Part shown: piece after piece, positions 9,101 to 18,287 of the stretch
How positions within the stretch are numbered: position 1 is the first letter of the stretch
Layout: every line of letters begins with the position of its first letter
From: Candidatus Eiseniibacteriota bacterium
GTDB lineage: Bacteria > Eisenbacteria > RBG-16-71-46 > JABDJR01
Assembly (NCBI GenBank): GCA_963783375.1
Contig: CAWANH010000028.1
Coordinates: 576,001-640,000 of the forward strand
DNA: 64,000 nucleotides
Direction: 5' to 3'
Program-made: the position numbers and the translations under genes
The notes under the pieces: model-generated
What the model saw: the letters and a program-made list of their open reading frames with translations, nothing else
The model's database searches: none
What the model was told of the DNA's origin: nothing

Positions 9101-12100
9101 CTACATGGCGAAGCGCAGGTAGGTGCGAACCTCCCACTCGTTTCCGTTCGGTCCCGGGGCGTTCGGCTCGCAGACCGAGGCCCCGGTGGCGTCGGGCACC
9201 ATGGCCGGGCAATAGCGGGGGGAATACCGATCGAGCGACCGCCAGGTGCCGCGCACCCCCAGGCTGGTCTGGGGAAAGCCGAACCAGCGCGCGGGGCCCA
9301 GGGTTCGGGACACGTCCCCCATCAACTGCACGGGATAGGTGAGGTTGAAATCGCGATGGTAGTCGTAGGGACCCCAGTCGTTGATCTTGAGCGCGGAGGC
9401 GAAGACCATGGACCCCAGGGCCAGGCGGGCGTCGCCGCCCCACCGGTGGATGAGCCGGGGGGAGTCGCCGTTCGGCTCGCCGGTGCCCCCGTAGACATGG
9501 GCCACCAGGCGCCGGTCGGCCGAAAGCCGGGACACCACGCGGAGGTGCGCTTCCCACATCTTCCGGAGCGGGGTGCCCGCGGGGAAGGCGAAGGTCGTGC
9601 GCCCGTCCTCGAAGATTCCGATGGCCGCGTCCTGGGTGGTCTTGAAGTCCCGGTAGACGAGATCCAGGCTGGCGGCCATGGGCGCATCCTCTCGGACGTC
9701 GTTGTCCCACTGCCACATCCAGGTGGCGGGGGTGGGATCGTAGGAGAGCATCAGCTCCGCCCCCACCATCTCCCGGTTGGCGCGAACCGCGAAGGGATCC
9801 TGGAGAATGTTCCGGGGCCGGCCCGGGGAAGGGACGCCGGCCGGGACCGGGCCCACCAGGGGCTTCTGCCAGAGGAAATTCGGGCCGATCTGGAAGTTCC
9901 CCTGGTTGACCGCCAGGCCGGTGATGAGGTTCGTCTGGTTCCCGGAGCCGGTGTCGGTGAGCATCCAGCCGGTGTAGTTCTGGACCGCGGTGGGCCCGCC
10001 GTCGGCCACCAGCCCCATGTAGGCGGCCTGCCCGTACCAGTGCCAGCGACCGCTCTCGTAGGTCAGCTTGCCCTTGGCCCCGAAGGTGTCGGAGTCGCGG
10101 ACGTGGTCCTGGAGCAGCCGGTACCCGTTCCCGGACCGCTCGGCGATCTGGAAACCCTGGCCAACCTTGGTGGCGCCGCCCCGGATACCGCCGACCTGGA
10201 GCCCCCACGGCCCGTGTCCGGCGGCCAGCGCCAGGGTGGTGCGCCGGGTCCGCGGGGTGGGAACGGCGAAGGAGCTGGTCACCGCGGACTGGCTGGCGAA
10301 CTCGTCCTCGAAGAGCCCGGTGGCGGTCACCGGCCCGAAGGCCCGGGTGTACTTCACGATCGCCGCCGGGTTCGCGCCCCACCAGAGCTGCGGTCCGTAG
10401 GCGAACTTCGCTCCGCTGAAGGTCTTCTTCCCGGTCAACTCGAAGCCCACCGGCGCCACGCCGTTGTAGATGTCGAGGTTGTCCCCGTAGAAGGCGTCCC
10501 GGTAGATACCGAAGAAATCCCCTTCGTACCCCCAGTGGGTGTGTCCGGTGCGATAGAAGCCGTCCAGGACGAACCAGCGGTCGTCCCAGCTCACCGAGGA
10601 ACGGTACACCTTCACCCGCTCGATCCCCTGGAGGTCGAAGCTCCCGTCGGGACCGTCCACCGTCCGGATCCGACCCCGGTTCTCGTAGAAGATCTCGTCG
10701 ATGGGGTTGGTGGGGACGTTTCCCAGAACGTTGAGAGACAGGTTCCCGGTCACCGTGGGCGCCGGGTGCGCCTCGAAGTCGGCGAAGAAGGACTCCTTGT
10801 GGTCGAAGCCCCGGAACGCCGGATAGCCGCCTCCGGGAACCGCGGTCTTGGGGGTGCTCACGTGGCTCCCCCCGGTGCTGTAGGTCTCGAACTCGAGGCG
10901 GAGTCCGCTCAGGCGGACCCGATCGGTGGCCTGGGCCAGGAGAGCGGCGCGGTCGCCGCGGGCCTCGAGCACCGCCGCCTCGGGTTGGATGGCCGCGAAG
11001 TGGCTGCGGATAGCCTGGAGGTCCGTCCCCGCCCCGTAGGGGGCCAGCCGGAAAGCGTCGCGGAGGGCATAGTAGGCGGCCCGGGGATAGAGCTCGAACA
11101 GCCCGCGGCTGTCCGGCGGCCCCTTGGCGCAGATCCCCCACCACTCCTCGTTCATGTTGTTGTCGCCGGGGACGAAGTCCTCGACGTATCCCCCGTTCGG
11201 CCACGAGGCGTTGGTGTCGTGGATGTCGAGCCGGCTGTCCTGGCCGAACTTCCACCACCCGTCGCTCCACTGGAAGATGAACCCGCCGATGGCGTTTCCC
11301 ACCCGGCCCTTGCCGTCGGACTGCTCGTAGATCTCCTCCCACTGGCCGAGGAGGTAGCGCGCCTGCATCCGCTGGTCCTCGCGCATCTCCTTCTGGTTGA
11401 AGGCGTCCGACCCGAACTCGGTGAACATGACCGGGATCCCCAGCTTGTCCTTGACCACCTGGAAGAGATCGCGGGCGGAGATCCCCCGGTAGACGTTGGT
11501 GCCCAGGACGTCGAGGTGCGGGCACTCCTGGGCGATGACGTCGATGTACTGGACGTCGCCGTTGGCGATGGCCACCGGGCGGTCCGGGTCCTCCGCCTTC
11601 ACCACGTCGATGATGTCGCCGAAGAGGGAGTAGAGCGCGTGGGCGCGGCCCAGGTTCGCCTCGCCCTCGGGGAAGGCCTCCGGTTCGAAGCTGGTCCAGG
11701 TGAGGCCGTAGTTGTTCTCATTCCCCAGGAGCCACATCAATACCCCGGGAACCCCGCGGAACTGCTCGACCAGGTTCGCCACGTCGGCGGTGATCGCGGT
11801 CCGGATCGCCGGATCGGCGTAGTTGACGTTCGGGATCCACACCCCGTTCAGGGTGTACCCGTAGCGGCCGCAGGGGTGGTTGATGACGGTGTAGATGCCG
11901 TAGCGCTCGTAGATGTAGCGGACCCAGCGGGGGGGAATCCCCACGTACTGCCGGATGGCGTTCACCCCCATGTTCTGGAGCAGCGGCATCTCCCGGGCCA
12001 GCGCCTCCTCGATCACGTCGTCGGGCTGCTGCCAGAGGCTGTAGAGATAGTTCTCGCCGATGGGGACGTAGTCCCAGTTCATCCCGTAGACCATGAAATC

Positions 12101-12274
12101 CCGCCCGCCCACCTGGAGCCGGGTACCCGCGTCGTCGGAGACCACGCGCACGGCGGACGGGGCGGCCGCGGCGGCCTCCTGCCCCCGGGCCGCCGGGGCG
12201 CCGAGAGCCAGGGCGGCGAGCACCGCCGCGAAGGCGAGGACGGGATGGAGGGGGACGGGGCGAATCGATCTCAC
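9101..12274 (-). CDS. Exported clan GH-A (GH2-like TIM-barrel) glycosidase fused to a probable C-terminal outer-membrane beta-barrel
   Basis: GTG start at 12274 with RBS AAGGAGG, overlapping the GH1 stop; signal peptide; 'LLGNENN' acid/base and 'MFTEFG' nucleophile motifs; C-terminal ~600 aa of amphipathic beta-strands ending 'EWEVRTYLRFAM'. Confidence 0.75.
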   Translation of the reverse strand: MRSIRPVPLHPVLAFAAVLAALALGAPAARGQEAAAAAPSAVRVVSDDAGTRLQVGGRDFMVYGMNWDYVPIGENYLYSLWQQPDDVIEEALAREMPLLQNMGVNAIRQYVGIPPRWVRYIYERYGIYTVINHPCGRYGYTLNGVWIPNVNYADPAIRTAITADVANLVEQFRGVPGVLMWLLGNENNYGLTWTSFEPEAFPEGEANLGRAHALYSLFGDIIDVVKAEDPDRPVAIANGDVQYIDVIAQECPHLDVLGTNVYRGISARDLFQVVKDKLGIPVMFTEFGSDAFNQKEMREDQRMQARYLLGQWEEIYEQSDGKGRVGNAIGGFIFQWSDGWWKFGQDSRLDIHDTNASWPNGGYVEDFVPGDNNMNEEWWGICAKGPPDSRGLFELYPRAAYYALRDAFRLAPYGAGTDLQAIRSHFAAIQPEAAVLEARGDRAALLAQATDRVRLSGLRLEFETYSTGGSHVSTPKTAVPGGGYPAFRGFDHKESFFADFEAHPAPTVTGNLSLNVLGNVPTNPIDEIFYENRGRIRTVDGPDGSFDLQGIERVKVYRSSVSWDDRWFVLDGFYRTGHTHWGYEGDFFGIYRDAFYGDNLDIYNGVAPVGFELTGKKTFSGAKFAYGPQLWWGANPAAIVKYTRAFGPVTATGLFEDEFASQSAVTSSFAVPTPRTRRTTLALAAGHGPWGLQVGGIRGGATKVGQGFQIAERSGNGYRLLQDHVRDSDTFGAKGKLTYESGRWHWYGQAAYMGLVADGGPTAVQNYTGWMLTDTGSGNQTNLITGLAVNQGNFQIGPNFLWQKPLVGPVPAGVPSPGRPRNILQDPFAVRANREMVGAELMLSYDPTPATWMWQWDNDVREDAPMAASLDLVYRDFKTTQDAAIGIFEDGRTTFAFPAGTPLRKMWEAHLRVVSRLSADRRLVAHVYGGTGEPNGDSPRLIHRWGGDARLALGSMVFASALKINDWGPYDYHRDFNLTYPVQLMGDVSRTLGPARWFGFPQTSLGVRGTWRSLDRYSPRYCPAMVPDATGASVCEPNAPGPNGNEWEVRTYLRFAM

Positions 12275-13662
12275 GTGTGCCTCCTTGCCGCAAGCCGCGG
12301 CGCTTCGTCGTCGACCCCGTTCGCGGCCACGACGTCGCGATACCAGAATGCGCTGTCCTTGGGAATGCGTTGCCGGGTGGCGAAATCGACCCGGTACAGG
12401 CCGAACCTCTTGGTGTACCCGTGGGCCCACTCGAAGTTGTCGAGGAGGGACCAGACGAAATACCCGCGTAACGGAACCCCGTCGGCGAGGGCGCGGTGGG
12501 CCGCGTCGAGATGGCCGCGGAGATAGGCCACCCGGCGCGCGTCGGCCACCCGCCCTCCGACCGGGGGGGGGTCGGGAAGGGCCGCGCCGTTCTCGGTGAT
12601 GTAGATCGCGGGAGGGGCGTAGTCGCGCTGAATCCGGAGCAGGAGGTCGTGGAGCCCCTGGGGATGCACCTCCCATCCCATTTCCGTGAGGTCCCCCTCC
12701 GGAGCCACCGGCACCGCCACCGGCTCCCCGCCCTCGCCCGCTCTCACCACGATGCGGGTGTAGTAGTTGAGCCCCAGGAAGTCGAGGGGAACGGACACGG
12801 CGCGGAGGTCTCCCGAGTGGACGAAGGGCAGGTCGGCGCTTTCGAGGTGACCTCGGCGGATCCGGTCCCCGATCGCGTCCTCGGGGTAGCTCCCCAGAAA
12901 GAGAGGGTCCAGGTACCAGCGATTGAAGGAGCCGTCCAGCCGGCGGGCGGCCTCGATGTCGGCCGGGTTCGGGGACGCGGGCTGGACCGGGACGAGGTTC
13001 AGCACGATCCCCACCTCGGCCCCGGGCGCGCTCGTTCGCACCGCCTCCGCCGCCCAGCCGTGGGAAAGCAGGAGATGATGGGCGACCCGAAGCGCCTCGG
13101 CGGGATCGCGGTGACCGGGAGCGTGCTCGCCCTGTTCGTGACCCAGGGTCGCGATGCACCAGGGCTCGTTGTGGGTGCCCCACCGGGTGACCCGGTCGCC
13201 CAGCCGCGACGCGACCACCGCCGCGTACTCCGCGAAGGCCTCGGCGGTGTCCCGGGAGCCCCACCCTCCGCGAGCCTGGAGGGAGAGGGGAAGGTCCCAG
13301 TGGTACAGGGTGGCGAAGGGTTGAATGCCCGCCTCGAGCAGGCCGTCGACCAGGGCGTCGTAGAAGTCGAGCCCGGCCGGATTGACCGTGCCCCGCCCGT
13401 GGGGGAGGACCCGAGGCCAGGCGATGGAGAAGCGATAAGCCCCCAGACCGAGCCCTCTCATGAGCGCGATGTCGTCCCGCCAGAGGTGGTAGTGGTCGCA
13501 GGCGACGGCGGGGTTCGAACCGTCGGCGATCCGCCCGGGGATCGAAGCGAACCGGTCCCATATCGATTCGCCGCGTCCGTCTTCCCGGGCGCCGCCCTCG
13601 ATCTGCAACGCGGAGGTGGCGACGCCCCAGGTGAATCCGTCGGGGAAGGCGAGAGAGGTCAT
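12271..13662 (-). CDS. bglA: GH1 beta-glucosidase
   Basis: 'FPDGFTWGVATSALQIEG', 'YRFSIAWPR', 'THNEP', 'YITENG', 'DNFEWAHGY'; no signal peptide. Confidence 0.95.
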   Translation of the reverse strand: MTSLAFPDGFTWGVATSALQIEGGAREDGRGESIWDRFASIPGRIADGSNPAVACDHYHLWRDDIALMRGLGLGAYRFSIAWPRVLPHGRGTVNPAGLDFYDALVDGLLEAGIQPFATLYHWDLPLSLQARGGWGSRDTAEAFAEYAAVVASRLGDRVTRWGTHNEPWCIATLGHEQGEHAPGHRDPAEALRVAHHLLLSHGWAAEAVRTSAPGAEVGIVLNLVPVQPASPNPADIEAARRLDGSFNRWYLDPLFLGSYPEDAIGDRIRRGHLESADLPFVHSGDLRAVSVPLDFLGLNYYTRIVVRAGEGGEPVAVPVAPEGDLTEMGWEVHPQGLHDLLLRIQRDYAPPAIYITENGAALPDPPPVGGRVADARRVAYLRGHLDAAHRALADGVPLRGYFVWSLLDNFEWAHGYTKRFGLYRVDFATRQRIPKDSAFWYRDVVAANGVDDEAPRLAARRHT

Positions 13663-13668
13663 GGCGAA

Positions 13669-14694
13669 TCAGCTCCCCGGGGCGCGGACGCCCGGTGGGT
13701 ACAGATGGCAACGGACGAGTCGGCCGTCGAAGGGGCGCGGCCCGGGCTCTTCAGCGCGACAGAGGTCGTGAACTTCGGGACAACGGTGGGCGAAGGGACA
13801 GCCCCCGGAGCCGGCCGGCGCCTCGGGCCGCCGGGACGGATCCCGGGAGGGTACGGGGGCCACATCGTCCCGGCCCGCTCCGCTCACGTCGGCGATCGAG
13901 GCCAACAGGGCCCGGGTGTAGGGATGGGCGGGCGCGCTCACCACGGCCTCCCCCGGCCCATCCTCCACCACGCGGCCGCGGAAGAGAACCAGGATCCGGT
14001 CCGCCAGGTAGCGCGCGGAGGCGAGATCATGGGTGATCAGGAGGATGGCCAGACCGCGCTCGCGTTTCAGCTCGGCGAGGAGGTTCAGCACTCCCATCCG
14101 GATGGAGACGTCCAGCATCGAGGTCGGCTCGTCGGCCACCAGGAGGTCCGGTTCGACGGCCAGGGCGCGGGCGATGGCCACCCGCTGGCGCTGGCCCCCG
14201 GAAAGCTCGTAGGGGTGGCGGTCGATGAACTCCTCCGCCGGCCGGAGGCCGACGGTGTGCAGCAGTTCCATGGCCCGGGACCTGGCGTCGGCGCGGGTAG
14301 CCCGCCGGTGGCGAAGGAGCGGGCGCACCAGATGATGGGCGACGTCGTGAACCGAGTTCAGGGAGCCGAAGGGGTCCTGGAAGACCATCTGAACCCGGCC
14401 GCGATAGGCGAGGGAGGCGTGCCGGCGTTCGCGGGCCAGCACGTTGTCACCGTCCAGGAGGATCTCGCCGCCGTCCGGCGTCTCCAGACGCAACACGAGA
14501 CGGGCCACCGTGCTCTTCCCGCTCCCGGACTCCCCCACCAGGGCCACCGCCTCGCCCCGGCTGATCTGGAAGGCCACGTCCTCGGCCGCTACCACCCGGC
14601 GTTTCTTCCCAAATAGTCCACTGGAATCAAAGGACTTACAAAGGCCTCGGATCTCGAGAAGCGGTGCTTTGGGAACTCCCGTATGAGCGTCCAC
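13669..14694 (-). CDS. ABC transporter ATP-binding subunit (OppF-like)
   Basis: GESGSGKS, 'VQMVFQDPFGSLN', LSGGQRQR, 'VADEPTSMLD', C-terminal Cys cluster. Confidence 0.93.
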   Translation of the reverse strand: MDAHTGVPKAPLLEIRGLCKSFDSSGLFGKKRRVVAAEDVAFQISRGEAVALVGESGSGKSTVARLVLRLETPDGGEILLDGDNVLARERRHASLAYRGRVQMVFQDPFGSLNSVHDVAHHLVRPLLRHRRATRADARSRAMELLHTVGLRPAEEFIDRHPYELSGGQRQRVAIARALAVEPDLLVADEPTSMLDVSIRMGVLNLLAELKRERGLAILLITHDLASARYLADRILVLFRGRVVEDGPGEAVVSAPAHPYTRALLASIADVSGAGRDDVAPVPSRDPSRRPEAPAGSGGCPFAHRCPEVHDLCRAEEPGPRPFDGRLVRCHLYPPGVRAPGS

Positions 14695-14721
14695 CGGGTC
14701 TCCTAGGAAGTGAAGAAATAC

Positions 14722-14742
14722 TTTGTTTGTCTACCGAACATA
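14722..14742. promoter_or_regulatory. Putative ROK repressor operator 2 (TTTGTTTGT-CTA-CCGAACATA)
   Basis: Same 21-bp pattern as 945-965; lies just downstream of a minus-strand TTGACA promoter. Confidence 0.7.
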
Positions 14743-14768
14743 GTGTATCCTGATGGTGTGCTTGTCAA
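14740..14768 (-). promoter_or_regulatory. sigma70-type promoter for the oppF-bglA-GH/barrel operon
   Basis: TTGACA on the minus strand at 14768-14763; -10 candidates CACTAT (17-bp spacer) or TACACT (15-bp spacer). Confidence 0.6.
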
Positions 14769-14965
14769 GGATCCGCCGTGTCCGGGGGACGATTTTCGAG
14801 ACTGGATGACCGGCCGAAACCGCCGCCCTACCGGCCCGAGGAATCGGACCCAGCTCCCGGCGGCGCTCCGGACTCCCGGCGTTCGACCGCAAGCACGATG
14901 AGCAGCGACGATTTCCGATCCTGCTACCCGCGACTGGCTCGTGCCCACATCAAGGGAGGCTCGTG

Positions 14966-15613
14966 ATGCTGATGAAGAGTTGGCTACCCCGTGTTGCATG
15001 CTCCGCCGTTCTCCTGCTCCTTCTCGCCGCGCCCGCGACGAACGCCTCGGCACAGAACGTTCTCGCGAACCCCGGGTTCGAGAGCGGACTCACCGGCTGG
15101 ACCCCGTTCGGCAACGCCTATGCCGAAGCCTCGAACCCTCCGCAGTTCGTGCCGCTCAGCGGCACCGGACTCGCTTCCATGTTCGGAAATTTCTCCGGCG
15201 GCTTCAACGTGACCGGAATCTTCCAGGAGTTCGCCTGCTCGCCGGGCGACCAGTGGCAGATCTCCTCGAACGCCCGCTTCTGGAGCGGTGACCCGATGAT
15301 CGGGAGCCAGGCCGCCGGCGGGAACTGGGTCGTCCAGAAGATGGCCTTCTTCGACGCCAGCAACGCCGAAATCGGCGGGGCCGAGTCGATCATTCTCGAC
15401 GGCAGCTACACGGCCGACGTCTGGCATCCGGCCGCTCCGGTGGTCGGCGTCGCCCCCGCGGGAACCGTCAAGGTACAGGCTCTGATCCTCTACCTCCAGC
15501 CGGCCTTCGACGGCGGCGCCGCTCATGTCGACGACGTGGAGTTCGTCAACGTGACCAGCGTTCCCGTCGAGGAGACCACCTGGGGACACGTCAAGTCGCT
15601 CTACGCCCAGTAG
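14966..15613 (+). CDS. Secreted single-CBM-like protein with C-terminal 'TWGHVKSLY' motif
   Basis: RBS AGGGAGG; signal peptide ending ASA; 'NVLANPGFESGLTGW' CBM4-like start; ends 'VPVEETTWGHVKSLYAQ'. Confidence 0.75.
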   Translation: MLMKSWLPRVACSAVLLLLLAAPATNASAQNVLANPGFESGLTGWTPFGNAYAEASNPPQFVPLSGTGLASMFGNFSGGFNVTGIFQEFACSPGDQWQISSNARFWSGDPMIGSQAAGGNWVVQKMAFFDASNAEIGGAESIILDGSYTADVWHPAAPVVGVAPAGTVKVQALILYLQPAFDGGAAHVDDVEFVNVTSVPVEETTWGHVKSLYAQ

Positions 15614-15630
15614 AAGCTTCAACTAACGGC

Positions 15631-15670
15631 GGGCAGGGATGAGGCGCAAAGCGGGATCTCATCCCTGCCC
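15631..15670 (+). terminator. Strong intergenic stem-loop (13-bp perfect stem); terminator or mRNA-stabilising element
   Basis: GGGCAGGGATGAG (15631-15643) pairs with CTCATCCCTGCCC (15658-15670); only a weak T-tract follows. Confidence 0.55.
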
Positions 15671-15727
15671 GGTCCTTTCGCAGCCGGGCGGCCGGTCGGC
15701 GGCCCGCCGCCCAAAAGGAGGGTCACC

Positions 15728-17146
15728 ATGAAACGCCCTCTCGCCGGAATCCTCTTCGTCCTGACTCTCTTCGCGGTATCGATCTTCCCCTCGACTTCGT
15801 CCGCGGCGACCAATCTCCTGGCCAACCCCGGCTTCGAGGACGGGGGCGGCTCCTACAACGGCTGGTTCACCTTCGGGGCCGGCGTGCAGCTCTCGCTCCC
15901 GGCCGGAGACAATATCATCCATACCGGAGCCGCCGCCTCGAAGGTCTACGGGGAGTTCACCGGGTGCCCCGGTTCGCCCCAGTTCGACGTCGGGGGGTTC
16001 GGGCAGGCCTTCACCCCCACCGCGGGACAGATTTACGAACTCAGCGGATACTCCTTCGTCTCCAGCGGCGATCCCATCCCCGGCACCGATACCTGCGTCC
16101 GGAACCGCATGATCGCCAAGATCGTCTTCTTCGATGCCGCGGTCGGCGGGGCCGAGCTGTCCTCGAACGAGATCATCATCGGCGACGGCAACACCGTGAC
16201 CGATCAGTGGCACGCCTTCTCGGTTTCGGCCCCGGCTCCGGCAGGAGCGCTCCGGGTGGAGGCTCTCTTCCTCTATCTCCAGCCCGCCTGCGACGGCGGG
16301 TCTGTCTTCGTGGACGACGCCTCGTTCACCGAGAGCGCGCCGGCCTCCGTGTCCAACCTCCTGGCCAACCCGAGCTTCACCTCCGGCCTCACCGGATGGT
16401 CCATCTTCGGCAACGTCTATCCCGACAGCCGCTCCTTCGCCGTACGGACCCCCACCGGCAGCGCCAAGATGTACTCGACCTTCACCCCCGACTCCCCCTC
16501 CGGCATGTTCCAGTCCTTCGCGGCGACTCCGGGATCGGCCTGGCAGCTGTCCGCCTACGCCCTGACCACGTGCGTGGAGGACGCGATCACCGGGAGCAAC
16601 GACAACTACGTGCTGGCGAGGATCGTCTTCCGCGACTCGGGCGGGATCGAGGTCGGCTCCACCGACACGGTGGTCCTGGACAACACCGCGCCCCTCGGCA
16701 CCTGGACGAAACACACGGTCATCGCGGTCAACGCCCCGGCGGGCACCGCCACGGTGGAGCCCTATCTCCTCTTCATCTCGCCGACGCTCATGGACAAGGC
16801 GGCCTGGGTGGACGACGTCTCCTTCCAGGAGCTGGATCCCACCGGCGTCGGAGACGACCCGCGGCCGCTCGCCTTCGAGCTGCACCAGAACGCGCCGAAC
16901 CCCTTCAGCCGGTCGACCCGGGTCGCGTTCGACCTCGAGGCGGCCGACGCGGTGAATCTGGAGGTCTACGACATCGCCGGCCGCCTGGTGACCACCCTGT
17001 TCGAAGGCCGACTCTCCGCCGGACCGCATGCGGTGGCGTGGGATGGGATGACCGCGAGCGGCGCCCGGGCCGCCGCCGGCATCTATCGGTACCGGCTCCG
17101 GACCTCGGCGGGCGAGGTTTCCCGGAACATGATCCTGATCCGGTGA
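15728..17146 (+). CDS. Secreted tandem CBM-like protein with C-terminal FlgD-Ig domain
   Basis: RBS AAGGAGG; two 'NLLANP.F...GW..FG' modules; 'LHQNAPNPFSRST...VYDIAGRLV...WDG...GIYRYRL' FlgD-Ig/CTD. Confidence 0.8.
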   Translation: MKRPLAGILFVLTLFAVSIFPSTSSAATNLLANPGFEDGGGSYNGWFTFGAGVQLSLPAGDNIIHTGAAASKVYGEFTGCPGSPQFDVGGFGQAFTPTAGQIYELSGYSFVSSGDPIPGTDTCVRNRMIAKIVFFDAAVGGAELSSNEIIIGDGNTVTDQWHAFSVSAPAPAGALRVEALFLYLQPACDGGSVFVDDASFTESAPASVSNLLANPSFTSGLTGWSIFGNVYPDSRSFAVRTPTGSAKMYSTFTPDSPSGMFQSFAATPGSAWQLSAYALTTCVEDAITGSNDNYVLARIVFRDSGGIEVGSTDTVVLDNTAPLGTWTKHTVIAVNAPAGTATVEPYLLFISPTLMDKAAWVDDVSFQELDPTGVGDDPRPLAFELHQNAPNPFSRSTRVAFDLEAADAVNLEVYDIAGRLVTTLFEGRLSAGPHAVAWDGMTASGARAAAGIYRYRLRTSAGEVSRNMILIR

Positions 17147-17159
17147 GGCAGGCGATCCC

Positions 17160-18224
17160 GTGAACCGTCTTGCCCTGGTGCTTCTCGCCGCCGTCGGCCT
17201 GAGCTTGGCCGGACCGGCCGGCGGTCGGGAGCCCCTCGACGCCGCGGTTTCGAACCCGGACCCGACCTTCGACCGGGAAGCGCCGTTCACCAAACGGCCC
17301 TTCCCGGTCCAGTCCGACGCCGGCTGGATCGGAACCGGCATCGCCTACGGTCCGCACCGGGACGGCGAGTCGCCCGGAGGGGCGCAGCCCACGCGGGAAG
17401 AGCTGCGTGAGGACCTGCACCTTCTCGCCGCGCACTGGAAGCTAGTTCGCCTCTACGGCTCCACCGGCCCGGCCCGGACCATCCTCGAGGTGATCCGCGC
17501 GGACCGGCTCGACATGAAGGTGATGCTGGGGGTCTGGATCGATCCCGAGGCGCGCCGGGACACCACGGGCGCGGTGATCGAGGAGCTCCCCGAGGGCCCG
17601 GCGGCGAACCGCCGGGAGATCGAGTCGGGGGTGGCCCTGGCCTCGGAGTACCCGGACATCGTGATTGCCCTCTGCGTGGGAAACGAAACCCAGGTCTTCT
17701 GGTCGTCCCACCGGGTGGCCGCGGACCGCCTGATCGATGCCTTGCGCGAGGTACGGGCCCGGACCACGGTTCCGGTCACCACCTCCGACGACTACAACTT
17801 CTGGAACAAGCCGGAGAGCGGAGCGGTGGCCGGGGAGATCGACTTCATCACCGTGAACGGCCATCCGCTGTGGAACGGCGCCCAGATCGAGAACGCCCTG
17901 GGATGGACCCGGACGATCCTCGCCGGACTCCGGGCCGACCATCCCGGTGACGCCGTCATCCTGGGCGAGACGGGGTGGGCCACCGAACGGGACACGGTGG
18001 GAGAGCAGGCGACGCTCATGAAGGGCGAGGTCGGTGAGGACCAGCAGGCGATCTACTACCGGGCGGTGACCGCCTGGTCGGATTCGGCGCGGGTCCCGAC
18101 CTTCTTTTTCGAGGCCTTCGACGAGAACTGGAAGGGCGGCGATCGTCCGGCCGACGTCGAGAAGCACTGGGGGCTCTATCGGGCGGACCGGACCCCCAAG
18201 AAGGCGCTCGCCGCCGGGCGGTGA
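17160..18224 (+). CDS. GH17-family beta-1,3-glucanase, exported
   Basis: Signal peptide; 'IAYGPHRDG', 'VGNE', 'LGETGWAT', 'FFFEAFDENWK', 'EKHWGL'. Confidence 0.85.
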   Translation: MNRLALVLLAAVGLSLAGPAGGREPLDAAVSNPDPTFDREAPFTKRPFPVQSDAGWIGTGIAYGPHRDGESPGGAQPTREELREDLHLLAAHWKLVRLYGSTGPARTILEVIRADRLDMKVMLGVWIDPEARRDTTGAVIEELPEGPAANRREIESGVALASEYPDIVIALCVGNETQVFWSSHRVAADRLIDALREVRARTTVPVTTSDDYNFWNKPESGAVAGEIDFITVNGHPLWNGAQIENALGWTRTILAGLRADHPGDAVILGETGWATERDTVGEQATLMKGEVGEDQQAIYYRAVTAWSDSARVPTFFFEAFDENWKGGDRPADVEKHWGLYRADRTPKKALAAGR

Positions 18225-18287
18225 CCGCGGGGTTCGGGACGGGTTCGGTCGATCGGGGTCCTGGGGGAAACGGGGAGTCTACCGGGC

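Noticed and set aside
8844-12526. Very long alternative-frame and antisense ORFs (for example 9356-12526 +, 23551-28323 +, 18530-21511 -, most of 35854-40077 -)
   Set aside because: Shadow ORFs expected at high GC; they overlap well-supported genes and are Arg/Pro/Gly-rich with no motifs.
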